Source: Patescibacteria group bacterium
GTDB lineage: Bacteria > Patescibacteriota > Microgenomatia > UBA1400 > PJMF01
Direction of reading: 5' to 3'
Length of the DNA stretch: 64,000 nt
Assembly: GCA_016861085.1 (NCBI GenBank)
Contig: BOKR01000001.1
Location: forward strand, 3,271-67,270
The notes under the pieces are model-generated. The model was given only the letters and a program-made list of their open reading frames with translations. It searched no databases and had not been told where the DNA came from. A program made the translations under genes and the position numbers. Of the stretch, positions 8,964-18,124 are shown piece by piece (within the stretch, counting starts at the first letter, position 1; each line of letters begins with the position of its first letter).

Positions 8964-11516
8964 ATGTTTAATCAAAACCAAATAGAAGAAAAGTGGCAGC
9001 AAATCTGGGAAAATAATCAACTGTTTCAGCAGAGTGCTGATTCAACTTCAGTCAAAGATAAGTTGTACTTGTTGTTTGCTTTTGCGTATCCTTCTGGGTC
9101 TGGATTACATGTTGGCCATGTTGAAAGCAAGACTGCTTTAGATATCTTAGCTAGATATTACAGAATGAAAGGGAAGGATGTTTTCTTTCCAGTTGGTTGG
9201 GATGCATTTGGGTTACCGGCGGAAAACTATGCTATTAAAACTGGAATTCACCCAAAAGTTACTACTAAAGATGCAATTATCACGTTTAGAAGACAAATTA
9301 AGCGAATTGGTATTTCATACGATTGGGCAAACGAGCTAGCAACCAATCATCCAGAATACTATAAATGGACACAATGGATTTTTATTCAGATGTTCAACAA
9401 AGGATTAGCATATCAAAAAAATGGTATGGTTAATTGGTGTCCGCAAGACCAAACCGTGCTCGCAAATGAACAGGTGGTTGAAGGCAGATGTGAGCGCTGT
9501 GATAGTCAAGTTGTTCAAAAAGAATTGAAGCAATGGTATTACAAAATTACTCAGTACCAAGAGGAGTTAATTACTGGACTAGATCAAGTTGATTGGCCTG
9601 AAGCCACCAAAGCGCAACAGTTAAATTGGATTGGTAAAAAGACCGGTATCGAAATAACATACAAAATTGCAGATACAGATAAAACGGTTACTTGTTTTAC
9701 TACAAGACCAGATACTAATTTTGGTGCCACATTCGTGGTGATTGCTCCAGAGCACCAGTTTGCCAAAGAAGTCGCGAAGAATAATACAACAGTTGCCGAC
9801 TATTTGGATGCAGCAAGCAAAAAAACAGAACTTGATAGACAGCAAGAGGGCAAAACAAAGACTGGAGCGTTTACTGGTTTTTATGCAATTAACCAGTTAA
9901 CTAACAAAAAAATGCCAATATGGGTGTCTGATTTTGTTTTGGGTGGTTTTGGAACTGGTGCTGTTGTTGGTGTTCCAGCCCATGATGTAAGAGATTTTGA
10001 ATTTTCTCAGTTCGTGAATTCACAAAGTGACAACAAAGCTGATGATGCAGAAAACGCAGATTCTCGAATCGAGGTAATCAGAGTCGTTGTTGGCAGTGAC
10101 GGTGACACTTCGGAAATTACCAAAGTGGAACAAGTGCAAGAAGAAACTGGTACGATGATTAATTCTGACTTCTTAAATGGCTTAGACATTCATGAAGCCA
10201 CACAAAAAATTATGGATTACTTGGAAGAGCAGGGCATGGGTAAACGGGTAACGACCTATCGACTACGTGATTGGCTGATTTCTAGACAGCGCTACTGGGG
10301 GACTCCAATTCCAATTGTGTACGATCCTGAAGGTAATCCACATCCTGTAAAACAGGAGTACTTACCTTGGGAGTTGCCAACGGATGTTGATTTTAAACCA
10401 ACCGGAGAATCACCACTGAAATCAAGCAAGGAATTTATTGAGAGAACACACAAGTATGTATCACAAGTTCATGCAGATTTAATTGCTGAAAAAGGATGGG
10501 ATTCCTCTGGAGAAGGTTGGACTCCAGAGTTTGATACAATGGATACTTTTGTTGATTCAAGTTGGTATTTTTTGCGTTACGTGGATTCAAGAAACAAAGA
10601 TGTTTTTGCCGATGTATCTCAATTGAAAGCGTGGCTGCCGGTCGATTTATACATGATTGGTCCAGAGCACATAGTGTTACATTTGTTGTACTCACGTTTC
10701 TTTACAAAGTTTTTGCGCGATGAAGGATACCTCCACTTTGATGAGCCGTTTATGAAGATGCGTCACCAAGGTATGATCTTGGGCCCAGACAACCGTAAAA
10801 TGAGTAAATCAAAAGGAAACGTCATCAATCCAGATGAAATTATTGAAAAGTTTGGTGCTGACACACTGCGAGTCTATGAAATGTTCATGGGTCCACTAGA
10901 AGCTGACAAGCCTTGGGATATTCGAGCGGTGATTGGAGTATATAAATTCTTACAACGTGTGTATAGCATGGTTAGTGAGAAAGATTTAGCAGAGTTTTCG
11001 CAGCAAGAAAAGACAAAAACAGAACAAAAACTACACCAACTGATTGCTAAGGCCACAGATGATATTCCAAAACTAAAATTCAATACTTCAATTGCCTTTA
11101 TGATGGAGTTTATGAATGTGTGGCAGGATGAGAGTAAAAAATATAGTAAAACACTTTCATCGGAAGACAAGATCAAGTTTATTAAGGTTCTAGCTCCGTT
11201 TGCTCCATTTATGGCTGAAGAGTTGTTTGAAATGGTAACTGGTCAGACCAGTGACAGTGACGACTACAACGGAGTTCACATCACTGTATGGCCTGAATTT
11301 GATCCAAATAAGGCTCAAAGTGACACTGTTATGATTCCCGTTCAGATAAATGGGAAGGTTCGCGCTCAGTTATCGGTTTCTGCAGAGACCGCAAGTGATC
11401 AACAAGTTGTTTTGAATCAAGCGATTGCACTCCCAGAGCTAAAAAAATATCTTGAAGGCAAAGAAATCAAAAAAAAGATTTATGTTGCTGGCAAGATTAT
11501 TTCGTTGGTTGTCTAA
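8964..11516 (+). CDS. leuS: Leucine--tRNA ligase
   Basis: HVGH (HIGH), GWDAFGLPAENYA, FTTRPDT, DWLISRQRYWG and KMSKS motifs. Confidence 0.98.
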   Translation: MFNQNQIEEKWQQIWENNQLFQQSADSTSVKDKLYLLFAFAYPSGSGLHVGHVESKTALDILARYYRMKGKDVFFPVGWDAFGLPAENYAIKTGIHPKVTTKDAIITFRRQIKRIGISYDWANELATNHPEYYKWTQWIFIQMFNKGLAYQKNGMVNWCPQDQTVLANEQVVEGRCERCDSQVVQKELKQWYYKITQYQEELITGLDQVDWPEATKAQQLNWIGKKTGIEITYKIADTDKTVTCFTTRPDTNFGATFVVIAPEHQFAKEVAKNNTTVADYLDAASKKTELDRQQEGKTKTGAFTGFYAINQLTNKKMPIWVSDFVLGGFGTGAVVGVPAHDVRDFEFSQFVNSQSDNKADDAENADSRIEVIRVVVGSDGDTSEITKVEQVQEETGTMINSDFLNGLDIHEATQKIMDYLEEQGMGKRVTTYRLRDWLISRQRYWGTPIPIVYDPEGNPHPVKQEYLPWELPTDVDFKPTGESPLKSSKEFIERTHKYVSQVHADLIAEKGWDSSGEGWTPEFDTMDTFVDSSWYFLRYVDSRNKDVFADVSQLKAWLPVDLYMIGPEHIVLHLLYSRFFTKFLRDEGYLHFDEPFMKMRHQGMILGPDNRKMSKSKGNVINPDEIIEKFGADTLRVYEMFMGPLEADKPWDIRAVIGVYKFLQRVYSMVSEKDLAEFSQQEKTKTEQKLHQLIAKATDDIPKLKFNTSIAFMMEFMNVWQDESKKYSKTLSSEDKIKFIKVLAPFAPFMAEELFEMVTGQTSDSDDYNGVHITVWPEFDPNKAQSDTVMIPVQINGKVRAQLSVSAETASDQQVVLNQAIALPELKKYLEGKEIKKKIYVAGKIISLVV

Positions 11517-11534
11517 AAATGCTAGAATGAGCAC

Positions 11535-11843
11535 ATGGCCGCCATTTCTGAAGAGTTTCAGCTCAAGATTTACAATGATAAAGGGTTGATTTTTGACGAC
11601 TTAGTTATTGCTGTGAGTGCTGAAAATGAAGTTGGACCTTTGAGTATTTTGTCTGGACATTCAAACTTTATTACTACGATTAATGGTTCGTTAGTAGAAG
11701 AAATGCTTTTTGCATATTTTAAAGATGGCACCACTAAAGGTTTTTTGCTTGAGTCTGGAGTGATAAAAGTATATGACAATATTGTTGAAGTCTATTTGGT
11801 TCTTGACCTAAATCTCGATATTCCAGAGGCTAAGCTCAGTTAG
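11535..11843 (+). CDS. atpC: F1 ATPase epsilon-like subunit (N-terminal beta-sandwich only)
   Basis: GPLSILSGHSNFITTI...LESGVIKV matches the epsilon N-domain. No C-terminal helical hairpin. Convergent with the beta gene. Confidence 0.75.
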   Translation: MAAISEEFQLKIYNDKGLIFDDLVIAVSAENEVGPLSILSGHSNFITTINGSLVEEMLFAYFKDGTTKGFLLESGVIKVYDNIVEVYLVLDLNLDIPEAKLS

Positions 11844-13615
11844 GTTTTTTCATCTGTCATTTGGGTCGGGGAGTATGCTGCACCCATATTTTCTACTCTT
11901 TGAGGCTGGATGCCATGTTTTGTTTGTAATTCTGCCCCTTCAATTAGGAGAGCTTTGTATTTTTCCTCAATGTTCATGTCACGGTTTCTTGCCAACTCAA
12001 CTTCCTTTTGTTCTTCCTTTATCTTAGTAACTTCTTCTGGAGTTAACGTCATTGGTGGATGACTTGGATCAATTTCTATGTATGAGGTTCGTTTCTTTTT
12101 TTGAAATGGTAATTGGATTTTGAAGAGTGGTTTTTTTAAAGGAAAGGCTGGTTCAAGGTCTTGAGGTTTTACTGAAACAGGGGGTTCTTTGGGTTGTTCA
12201 GGCTGAACGACAGTCGTCTTAGTCGGTTCGGAAAGGATACTTTGGTCAATTTTTTCTATGTAGAGTAGTTTTTCGGGATCGATATTATCAAGTTTACCTG
12301 AAAGGATGATTTCAATATCATCAAGTGTTTGTCTATTTTGGGCGAACACCCCTTTTCTATTGGTTTGTGGTTCTGCCACAGTAAGGCTTTGAGTCATGTA
12401 GTTTTCAATCAAGATGGATCTTTTGTATACAGTCTGGTCTTCAATTGACAGCTCTGAAAGGCCAACGAGAGAAACAATTTTTTCGATATCTTTTGCTTGC
12501 TCCAAGATTTGCGTGCATTTTAAATAAAGTTCGAAATGTTTTTGACCAATCACCTCTGGATTAACTGCGGAGGAGTTTGATGCCAAAAGATCAATTGCAG
12601 GTAATCTCCCGGACTGGTAAATATCTCTAGAAAGCACTATATAACTGTCTAGATAATAAAGAGCGGAACGAACACTATAATCAAGTAAGTCATCTGAAGG
12701 TAAATAGATTGCTTCAATGCTAGTTATGTATGCTTCTGGAGTGGAAGTGAGCATTTCATGGAACGTACCAACTTCAGACGGGAGGGTAGGCTGATATCCA
12801 TCTTCAGAAGGGACAGCGTGCATCAAAGTTGAAAGTTCATATCCTGCCTGACTAAAACGATACATATTATCCATAAAAAACAGCACGTCAGTTCCATGAT
12901 CTCTGAAATCTTCGGCAACCGTAGCTGCAGCGTAAGCAGTCCTAAACCGCACAGCAGGATTTTCGCCCATTTGTCCAACAATCATGACTGTTTTATCAAG
13001 TACTTTTGATTCTGCAAGGTTTTCAAGCAGTTCATGGGCTTCTCTAGAACGCTCACCCACAGCGGCAAACACTGAGACACTTTCTTTATTTGCGTTACTG
13101 GCAACGACAACATTATGAATTAGTTCGGTAAGGAGAATTGTTTTTCCTAATCCAGCACCACCAACAAGTCCGATTTTGCTGCCTTTTAATACAGGTGTGA
13201 AGAAATCAATTGCTCTAATTCCAGTGGTCAAAATTTCTGAAGGAGTAATTGCTGAATCAACTTCAGTAGGTATGTGGGTATGTAACGATTTAAATCGTTT
13301 CGGTTTAAAATCTTTATTATCTTGGGCATTACCAAATACATCAATTGCTCGCCCGAGTACTTCTTTACCTACTGGAATCAGCAGATTTTGTTCAGTGTTT
13401 TCAACGATATCTCCTCTGGAAATTTCATTTTTTTTGTTCAAAATGAAACAGTAGTACGTTTGATTTTCTTGAGCAGAGGAGACGACTTCCAATTTGATTT
13501 CTGGGTTATTTTTAAGAACAAGAACATCAAAGATTGCTGGTTGTTGCAACAAGAACTCAACAATGGCAACATTGTCTTGGATAGCTATAATTTTACCTGT
13601 TTTTTTCATGACCAA
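11840..13615 (-). CDS. atpD: F1 ATPase beta subunit with long C-terminal extension
   Basis: GGAGLGKT, VGERSRE, GQMGENP, DNMYRF, PSEDGYQPTL, SELSIED (DELSEED-like). Confidence 0.93.
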   Translation of the reverse strand: MVMKKTGKIIAIQDNVAIVEFLLQQPAIFDVLVLKNNPEIKLEVVSSAQENQTYYCFILNKKNEISRGDIVENTEQNLLIPVGKEVLGRAIDVFGNAQDNKDFKPKRFKSLHTHIPTEVDSAITPSEILTTGIRAIDFFTPVLKGSKIGLVGGAGLGKTILLTELIHNVVVASNANKESVSVFAAVGERSREAHELLENLAESKVLDKTVMIVGQMGENPAVRFRTAYAAATVAEDFRDHGTDVLFFMDNMYRFSQAGYELSTLMHAVPSEDGYQPTLPSEVGTFHEMLTSTPEAYITSIEAIYLPSDDLLDYSVRSALYYLDSYIVLSRDIYQSGRLPAIDLLASNSSAVNPEVIGQKHFELYLKCTQILEQAKDIEKIVSLVGLSELSIEDQTVYKRSILIENYMTQSLTVAEPQTNRKGVFAQNRQTLDDIEIILSGKLDNIDPEKLLYIEKIDQSILSEPTKTTVVQPEQPKEPPVSVKPQDLEPAFPLKKPLFKIQLPFQKKKRTSYIEIDPSHPPMTLTPEEVTKIKEEQKEVELARNRDMNIEEKYKALLIEGAELQTKHGIQPQRVENMGAAYSPTQMTDEKT

Positions 13616-14478
13616 AATCCCATTCCAGACAATCTGTTTCGCTGTTTTTTATTAGCTTTGTACTTCATTGTTTTTAGTTTTAATCTTTTAACTTTTTCCA
13701 TTTCGCTCTCAAGATTACTTTGCGTGTGTTGCAATGTTGCGATTCTTGAACCCAAATTTGCCAAGTGTGCTTCTTTGATTTTATGCTGAAACAAGTTTGA
13801 CATAATTTGCAGTTCAAAGAAATGAAGAATTTTTCTTTTATCTGGTTCAAAAAGGAAGTGTTTAGCTTCTTTTTTTTCAGTTTCTGTATCAAGAGTAAGT
13901 GAGAGATCACCCGAGATGGTTTCAATTTGAGGTTTTTGTTCCATTAAGGAGATATAGTATGGGTTATACACGTTGATCTGCTCGTAGTTAAGCAGATGCT
14001 TCATAAGGTCTATATTGCCTCGCAAGTCGGTGTTTTTTTCAGTTAAATTAAAATATGTATAGGTTTGACTTTCCGGAAAAAATTCTTTGAATAGCTTTTT
14101 TGCAGTTGCACCAACGACCACAAGGTCAGTTTCCCTGCCAGTTACACTTTGTTTGTAAAAACTAAGGGACTCTCTGTTTATGCTGGTTGAGAATTTTGTT
14201 TCAAAAGAAATAAAAACATCAACGGTTTTGCCATTTTTTGTGAGGGTAGAAAAGCTAATGACTTGCTTGTTGTTGGGATTAATCTTGATTAACCTTCTAA
14301 GATCTTGTTTGAGATCGACAAACGTATCAAGCAGTCCTTGGAAAAATTTGCGACTGTTGATGGTATTATCTCGGTTGAGTTTCATTTGATAGATTGTTAA
14401 CTTTTGATATGCAGAAAAAAAGTTACCAATGGTATCTAGTGAAGCTTCTTCTGATTGCAGTTGTTTTACACTTGGCAT
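13606..14478 (-). CDS. atpG: F1 ATPase gamma subunit (divergent)
   Basis: Lies between alpha and beta. FLFEPD, ANLGSRIATL and N/C-terminal coiled-coil helices. Confidence 0.85.
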   Translation of the reverse strand: MPSVKQLQSEEASLDTIGNFFSAYQKLTIYQMKLNRDNTINSRKFFQGLLDTFVDLKQDLRRLIKINPNNKQVISFSTLTKNGKTVDVFISFETKFSTSINRESLSFYKQSVTGRETDLVVVGATAKKLFKEFFPESQTYTYFNLTEKNTDLRGNIDLMKHLLNYEQINVYNPYYISLMEQKPQIETISGDLSLTLDTETEKKEAKHFLFEPDKRKILHFFELQIMSNLFQHKIKEAHLANLGSRIATLQHTQSNLESEMEKVKRLKLKTMKYKANKKQRNRLSGMGFWS

Positions 14479-15944
14479 AGACCTAATAGGAATGGTTTAT
14501 TTTTTTCTACTGTAGCAAGCAAATCCTTGAGCGATTTCGAATTTTCAATGATTTGGTCTAAAGTTACCTGAACGTCTTTCTTACCGTAATTTTTGTTTAA
14601 CTCGAATTTACAGGTTGTAATTACATTTTTATGAGATCTTTCGAACCAATCTAGCCAGATCATTGCGAGCAGAATAATTTGAATATTGAGGGGAATACCG
14701 TTGCTTTGACTAAAAAAGTCGGTAAGAAATTCACCTTTTTGTAAGATTTTTTGACTCTGTTCACTAATTTCACTGCCTAAGTGAGTAAGATTTCTAGTTT
14801 TTTGATAGCTGGTAAGGAAACTCGTGATTCTGAGATTAATATCTCTTTGTAGAGGTGATTGTGTTTGTTTTCCCACACGAGTAACAGAGAGACTTGTGTT
14901 GATTGCTGGTCTAAATCCCTGGTTGAAGAGTCTTGGTTCAAAAAGTAGGTGACCATCAGTAATGGAGATCAGATTTGAGGCGACAAAGTCAGTTAAGTCG
15001 CTATTTACAGTCCTTACAACTGGTAAACAAGTCAATGAAATAACTTTTTTTGGGTCAGTTGGGTGAGCATATGTTCCGGCTCTTTCAAGTAGTTGGGCTT
15101 GAGTAAAGAAGATATCACCAGGGTAGGAGTCACGACCAGGAAATTTCTTTGCAAGCAAAGAAATTTCCCGATAAAACTCAGCTTGCGAAGTAAGATCGTC
15201 AATAACAAGCAATACATTTTCTCCTTGTGAAACAACGTATTCTGCGATAGTCATTGCAGAGAATGGAGTAATAACTATCGCACTAATAGAGTCCTTCGGA
15301 GTAGTTGCAACAATAACAACAGAATCTACTACTCCTTGTTTGATAAAAAACTCGTGGGCTTCTCTAATATCAGAAGTTTTTTTTGCTACCATTGCGTAGA
15401 CAACTTTATTTCCAAGTAATGCTTGTTTCACAGCGAGGTTTTTAGCAAACGCACTTTTTCCTGACTTTCTATCTCCAATGAGCAACTCGCGTTGACCCTC
15501 ACCAAGAGGAAGTAGCAAATCAGTGATGCTGAACCCTGTAATCAATTGTCTATTAACTCGCCTTCGTTGCGTTATACTAGCTGGTTCTTGGTAAATTTCG
15601 TTGTATATGAGTGCAGCAGTTGAAAGTTTTTTTCTGCTAGTCATAAGTAAATCTCCCATTGGAGAGAAGACTGAGCCAAAAATGTTTGGGCTAATAGGAA
15701 AAGAAAGCTGTTTTTTAGTTCGGTACAGTTTTAGACCAACCCTAACTGGTGTTTTTGAAAATACCATAAGTTTAATTTCATTAGCACTAAAAGAGAGGAT
15801 TTGCCCTAAACTTTGGTCCTCAAATACTACCATTTCTCCTGGATTTATATTTGAAAAACCTTGAGCTTTTACCAACGGATGTTGCACAGAGGTGACTTCT
15901 GCGTATTCGCTGGCATCAGTTTGGTATTGTTGTGTTTGTATCAT
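14466..15944 (-). CDS. atpA: F1 ATPase alpha subunit
   Basis: GQRELLIGDRKSGKS, PGRDSYPGDIF, SNLISITDG, RPAIN..SVTRVG. Confidence 0.93.
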   Translation of the reverse strand: MIQTQQYQTDASEYAEVTSVQHPLVKAQGFSNINPGEMVVFEDQSLGQILSFSANEIKLMVFSKTPVRVGLKLYRTKKQLSFPISPNIFGSVFSPMGDLLMTSRKKLSTAALIYNEIYQEPASITQRRRVNRQLITGFSITDLLLPLGEGQRELLIGDRKSGKSAFAKNLAVKQALLGNKVVYAMVAKKTSDIREAHEFFIKQGVVDSVVIVATTPKDSISAIVITPFSAMTIAEYVVSQGENVLLVIDDLTSQAEFYREISLLAKKFPGRDSYPGDIFFTQAQLLERAGTYAHPTDPKKVISLTCLPVVRTVNSDLTDFVASNLISITDGHLLFEPRLFNQGFRPAINTSLSVTRVGKQTQSPLQRDINLRITSFLTSYQKTRNLTHLGSEISEQSQKILQKGEFLTDFFSQSNGIPLNIQIILLAMIWLDWFERSHKNVITTCKFELNKNYGKKDVQVTLDQIIENSKSLKDLLATVEKNKPFLLGLCQV

Positions 15945-16390
15945 TGTAGTACTGTGGTTTCTATAGATCGTTTATATGTTTTTCCTTGAAAATCAATTTG
16001 AACACTTAATGAGAGATCTTTGTTAAAGGCATATTCAATGATAGCTGTGGGATGTACTGTGGCACGGATTCTTGTAGCAAGTTGTTCGACCTGTTCTTGA
16101 GTGGGGGAATAGCAAAGCGTCAATTTTGCTATTGGTAGCTTCGTGATATAGTTTTGTAAATTTGTGATGGATGCTATAACTTCTGTGGGAGTTTTTATAT
16201 TTTGAAGTAAGGTTTCGAACAAAACAAAGAAACGTTCATGTAACTGTTTTTTAATTCTTTCTTGAATTTTTTTTGAGTCTTGAGTATATGCAAGTTCTTG
16301 CAGGACAGTAAGAGACTCAAGCAGGAGTGCTTTGTCTTCAACAGTGACAACTAGGTCACGCACTAATGATTCGAGTTCATTTTTGACCAT
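15941..16390 (-). CDS. atpH: ATP synthase delta-like subunit
   Basis: Position before alpha. The C-terminus (AKLTLCY...NKDLSLSVQIDFQGKTYKRSI) resembles the delta/OSCP C-domain. Confidence 0.65.
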   Translation of the reverse strand: MVKNELESLVRDLVVTVEDKALLLESLTVLQELAYTQDSKKIQERIKKQLHERFFVLFETLLQNIKTPTEVIASITNLQNYITKLPIAKLTLCYSPTQEQVEQLATRIRATVHPTAIIEYAFNKDLSLSVQIDFQGKTYKRSIETTVLQ

Positions 16391-17021
16391 TTTTTGCCGT
16401 TTCTTCTTGCCAAAGCTCGTTGATTAATTCTAGCGTTAGCTCATGCTTATCTAGAGTATGTAAAACTTTGCCTAAATATCTCTTTGCGACTTTGTTTACA
16501 AGTTGTTCGCTTTCTTTTGCTATCTTCTCAATTTGATCCTTTTTAAATGATTCAATCTCCCTTTGGGCGGATTGAGATTCAATTACTAACACATTAGAAA
16601 CTTTCTGCTGTAGTTCTACTACAGTTTTTTGTAGTAAAGTGCCGAGGTTTTTGATTTCTACTTCTGTTGCCTTAATTAAATCTTCTGACGATTTTTTAGC
16701 ATGGTCTTGAAGGAGAGTTTTTTGTTGTTCAACGATTTCATCAGTGATATCGTCAATTCTTTGATGTAGCTTTAAAGTGAAGTTTTGCACTTCTGAGTGA
16801 ACGTCATGATATTGGTCAAGGGTTTTTGAGATAATTTCTTGGGATTCACTTCTAGTAGCTGAAACCACTCTATCAAGCTGTTGCTTAATGTGTTCAAACT
16901 CTTTTTTGTAGTCTTCATCCATTTTTTCTATTCTTTTTTTATCAGCGCGCAACTTGTAAGCAATGATGAGTTCAAGAACGAGTCCTAAGATGACTATAGC
17001 TAATAAGTTATACGTTTGCAT
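16377..17021 (-). CDS. ATP synthase b-like stalk subunit
   Basis: Single N-terminal TM followed by about 180 aa of coiled coil. Position between the c-like gene and delta. Confidence 0.6.
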   Translation of the reverse strand: MQTYNLLAIVILGLVLELIIAYKLRADKKRIEKMDEDYKKEFEHIKQQLDRVVSATRSESQEIISKTLDQYHDVHSEVQNFTLKLHQRIDDITDEIVEQQKTLLQDHAKKSSEDLIKATEVEIKNLGTLLQKTVVELQQKVSNVLVIESQSAQREIESFKKDQIEKIAKESEQLVNKVAKRYLGKVLHTLDKHELTLELINELWQEETAKNGQK

Positions 17022-17031
17022 ACTTCCTTTG

Positions 17032-17856
17032 TTACAGCGTTACCACAAAATATGAGCCAGCAATTCCTGCTCCAATAATTGTGATACTTATTAATATATT
17101 AACAAAAATTCCGGTCATAATACTGCTTCGCGCAAGTGGGTTTCTTCCCAGGGCCTCAATACCTTTTTGAGATGTTCTTGAAAAGCTGATGAAGGCAATT
17201 GTGACGGCGGTGATGAGGATTACTCCTGCTACAACATATTTAAGAACTTCTTTTGGGTCATCGATTGCTGCAATTGCACTCAAGCTGACAATGTCTCGAA
17301 GGCGATCTGAAATTGTTTCTGAGTCTGGGGTGTCTTGTGCAAATGTGAAGTCTTTTCCTATCTGGACTTTGATGAGGTTTTTGTCTTGAGCCGTTGAACC
17401 GTTAAAATCTTCTTGGGCAATTCCGAGCGTAAAACCTGACTTTGTCGCTTTCATGCCAACACCAGGTTCAGAGGATGCTGTGATAAAGTCACCTTTAACG
17501 ATTGGCCCACTTTCTCCGGAAACCAAAACTGGTGATACCCCAAAACTGATAATTGGGATTTCATCACCATTTGTTGCTGTGGTATTTCCAACAAACTCGA
17601 TAGCTGGAAACAAGCTGACTGCTCCAATAATGCTTCTATCGTATGCTTCGTCACTTAACTGGTAAGAACCATTCTTATGGGAAACGATCATACCGTTCTC
17701 AATTGGTATATCATCTGGGTGCAAAATATCAACGGGGTAGGCAATACCGAAGTTTTCTTCAGCAGCTTCTTGTGCTTTCGTTGGAGAGCTAGTGGCGGGC
17801 AGCAAAACAACAAGCAGAAATACTACTGCAATGAAGTTTTTGAGTATTTGTCTCAC
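17032..17856 (-). CDS. Exported beta-domain fused to an ATP synthase subunit-c-like hairpin
   Basis: Signal peptide, about 170-aa soluble domain, then two TMs joined by GIEALGRNP (c-ring R[NQ]P loop). No Asp/Glu in the second helix. Confidence 0.7.
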   Translation of the reverse strand: MRQILKNFIAVVFLLVVLLPATSSPTKAQEAAEENFGIAYPVDILHPDDIPIENGMIVSHKNGSYQLSDEAYDRSIIGAVSLFPAIEFVGNTTATNGDEIPIISFGVSPVLVSGESGPIVKGDFITASSEPGVGMKATKSGFTLGIAQEDFNGSTAQDKNLIKVQIGKDFTFAQDTPDSETISDRLRDIVSLSAIAAIDDPKEVLKYVVAGVILITAVTIAFISFSRTSQKGIEALGRNPLARSSIMTGIFVNILISITIIGAGIAGSYFVVTL

Positions 17857-18124
17857 GTATTCATTCTACAACTATCTTTCACTCGATGTAAATATAGATT
17901 ATTCAGTAATTTTTTGACATAAAAACACATCAAAGGGCATCTGTAAGAATTGAGTACAAAAGTTTGTTTTTGTATTTCAATTACATTCAACTTGAGGAAA
18001 TTTTGAGTAATAATATTGTTCTTAAGCATATTTTTATGCATATAAAAATTGCTATACGACAGTATTTTTCGCATATTGTTTGTCTATTAAATTGTCCAAA
18101 AAATTTGTACTATATACGCTAGGT

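Noticed and set aside
17853-18074. 73-aa ORF upstream of the c-like gene as a possible subunit a or c
   Set aside because: No TM helices or a/c motifs. It lies in the divergent promoter region.
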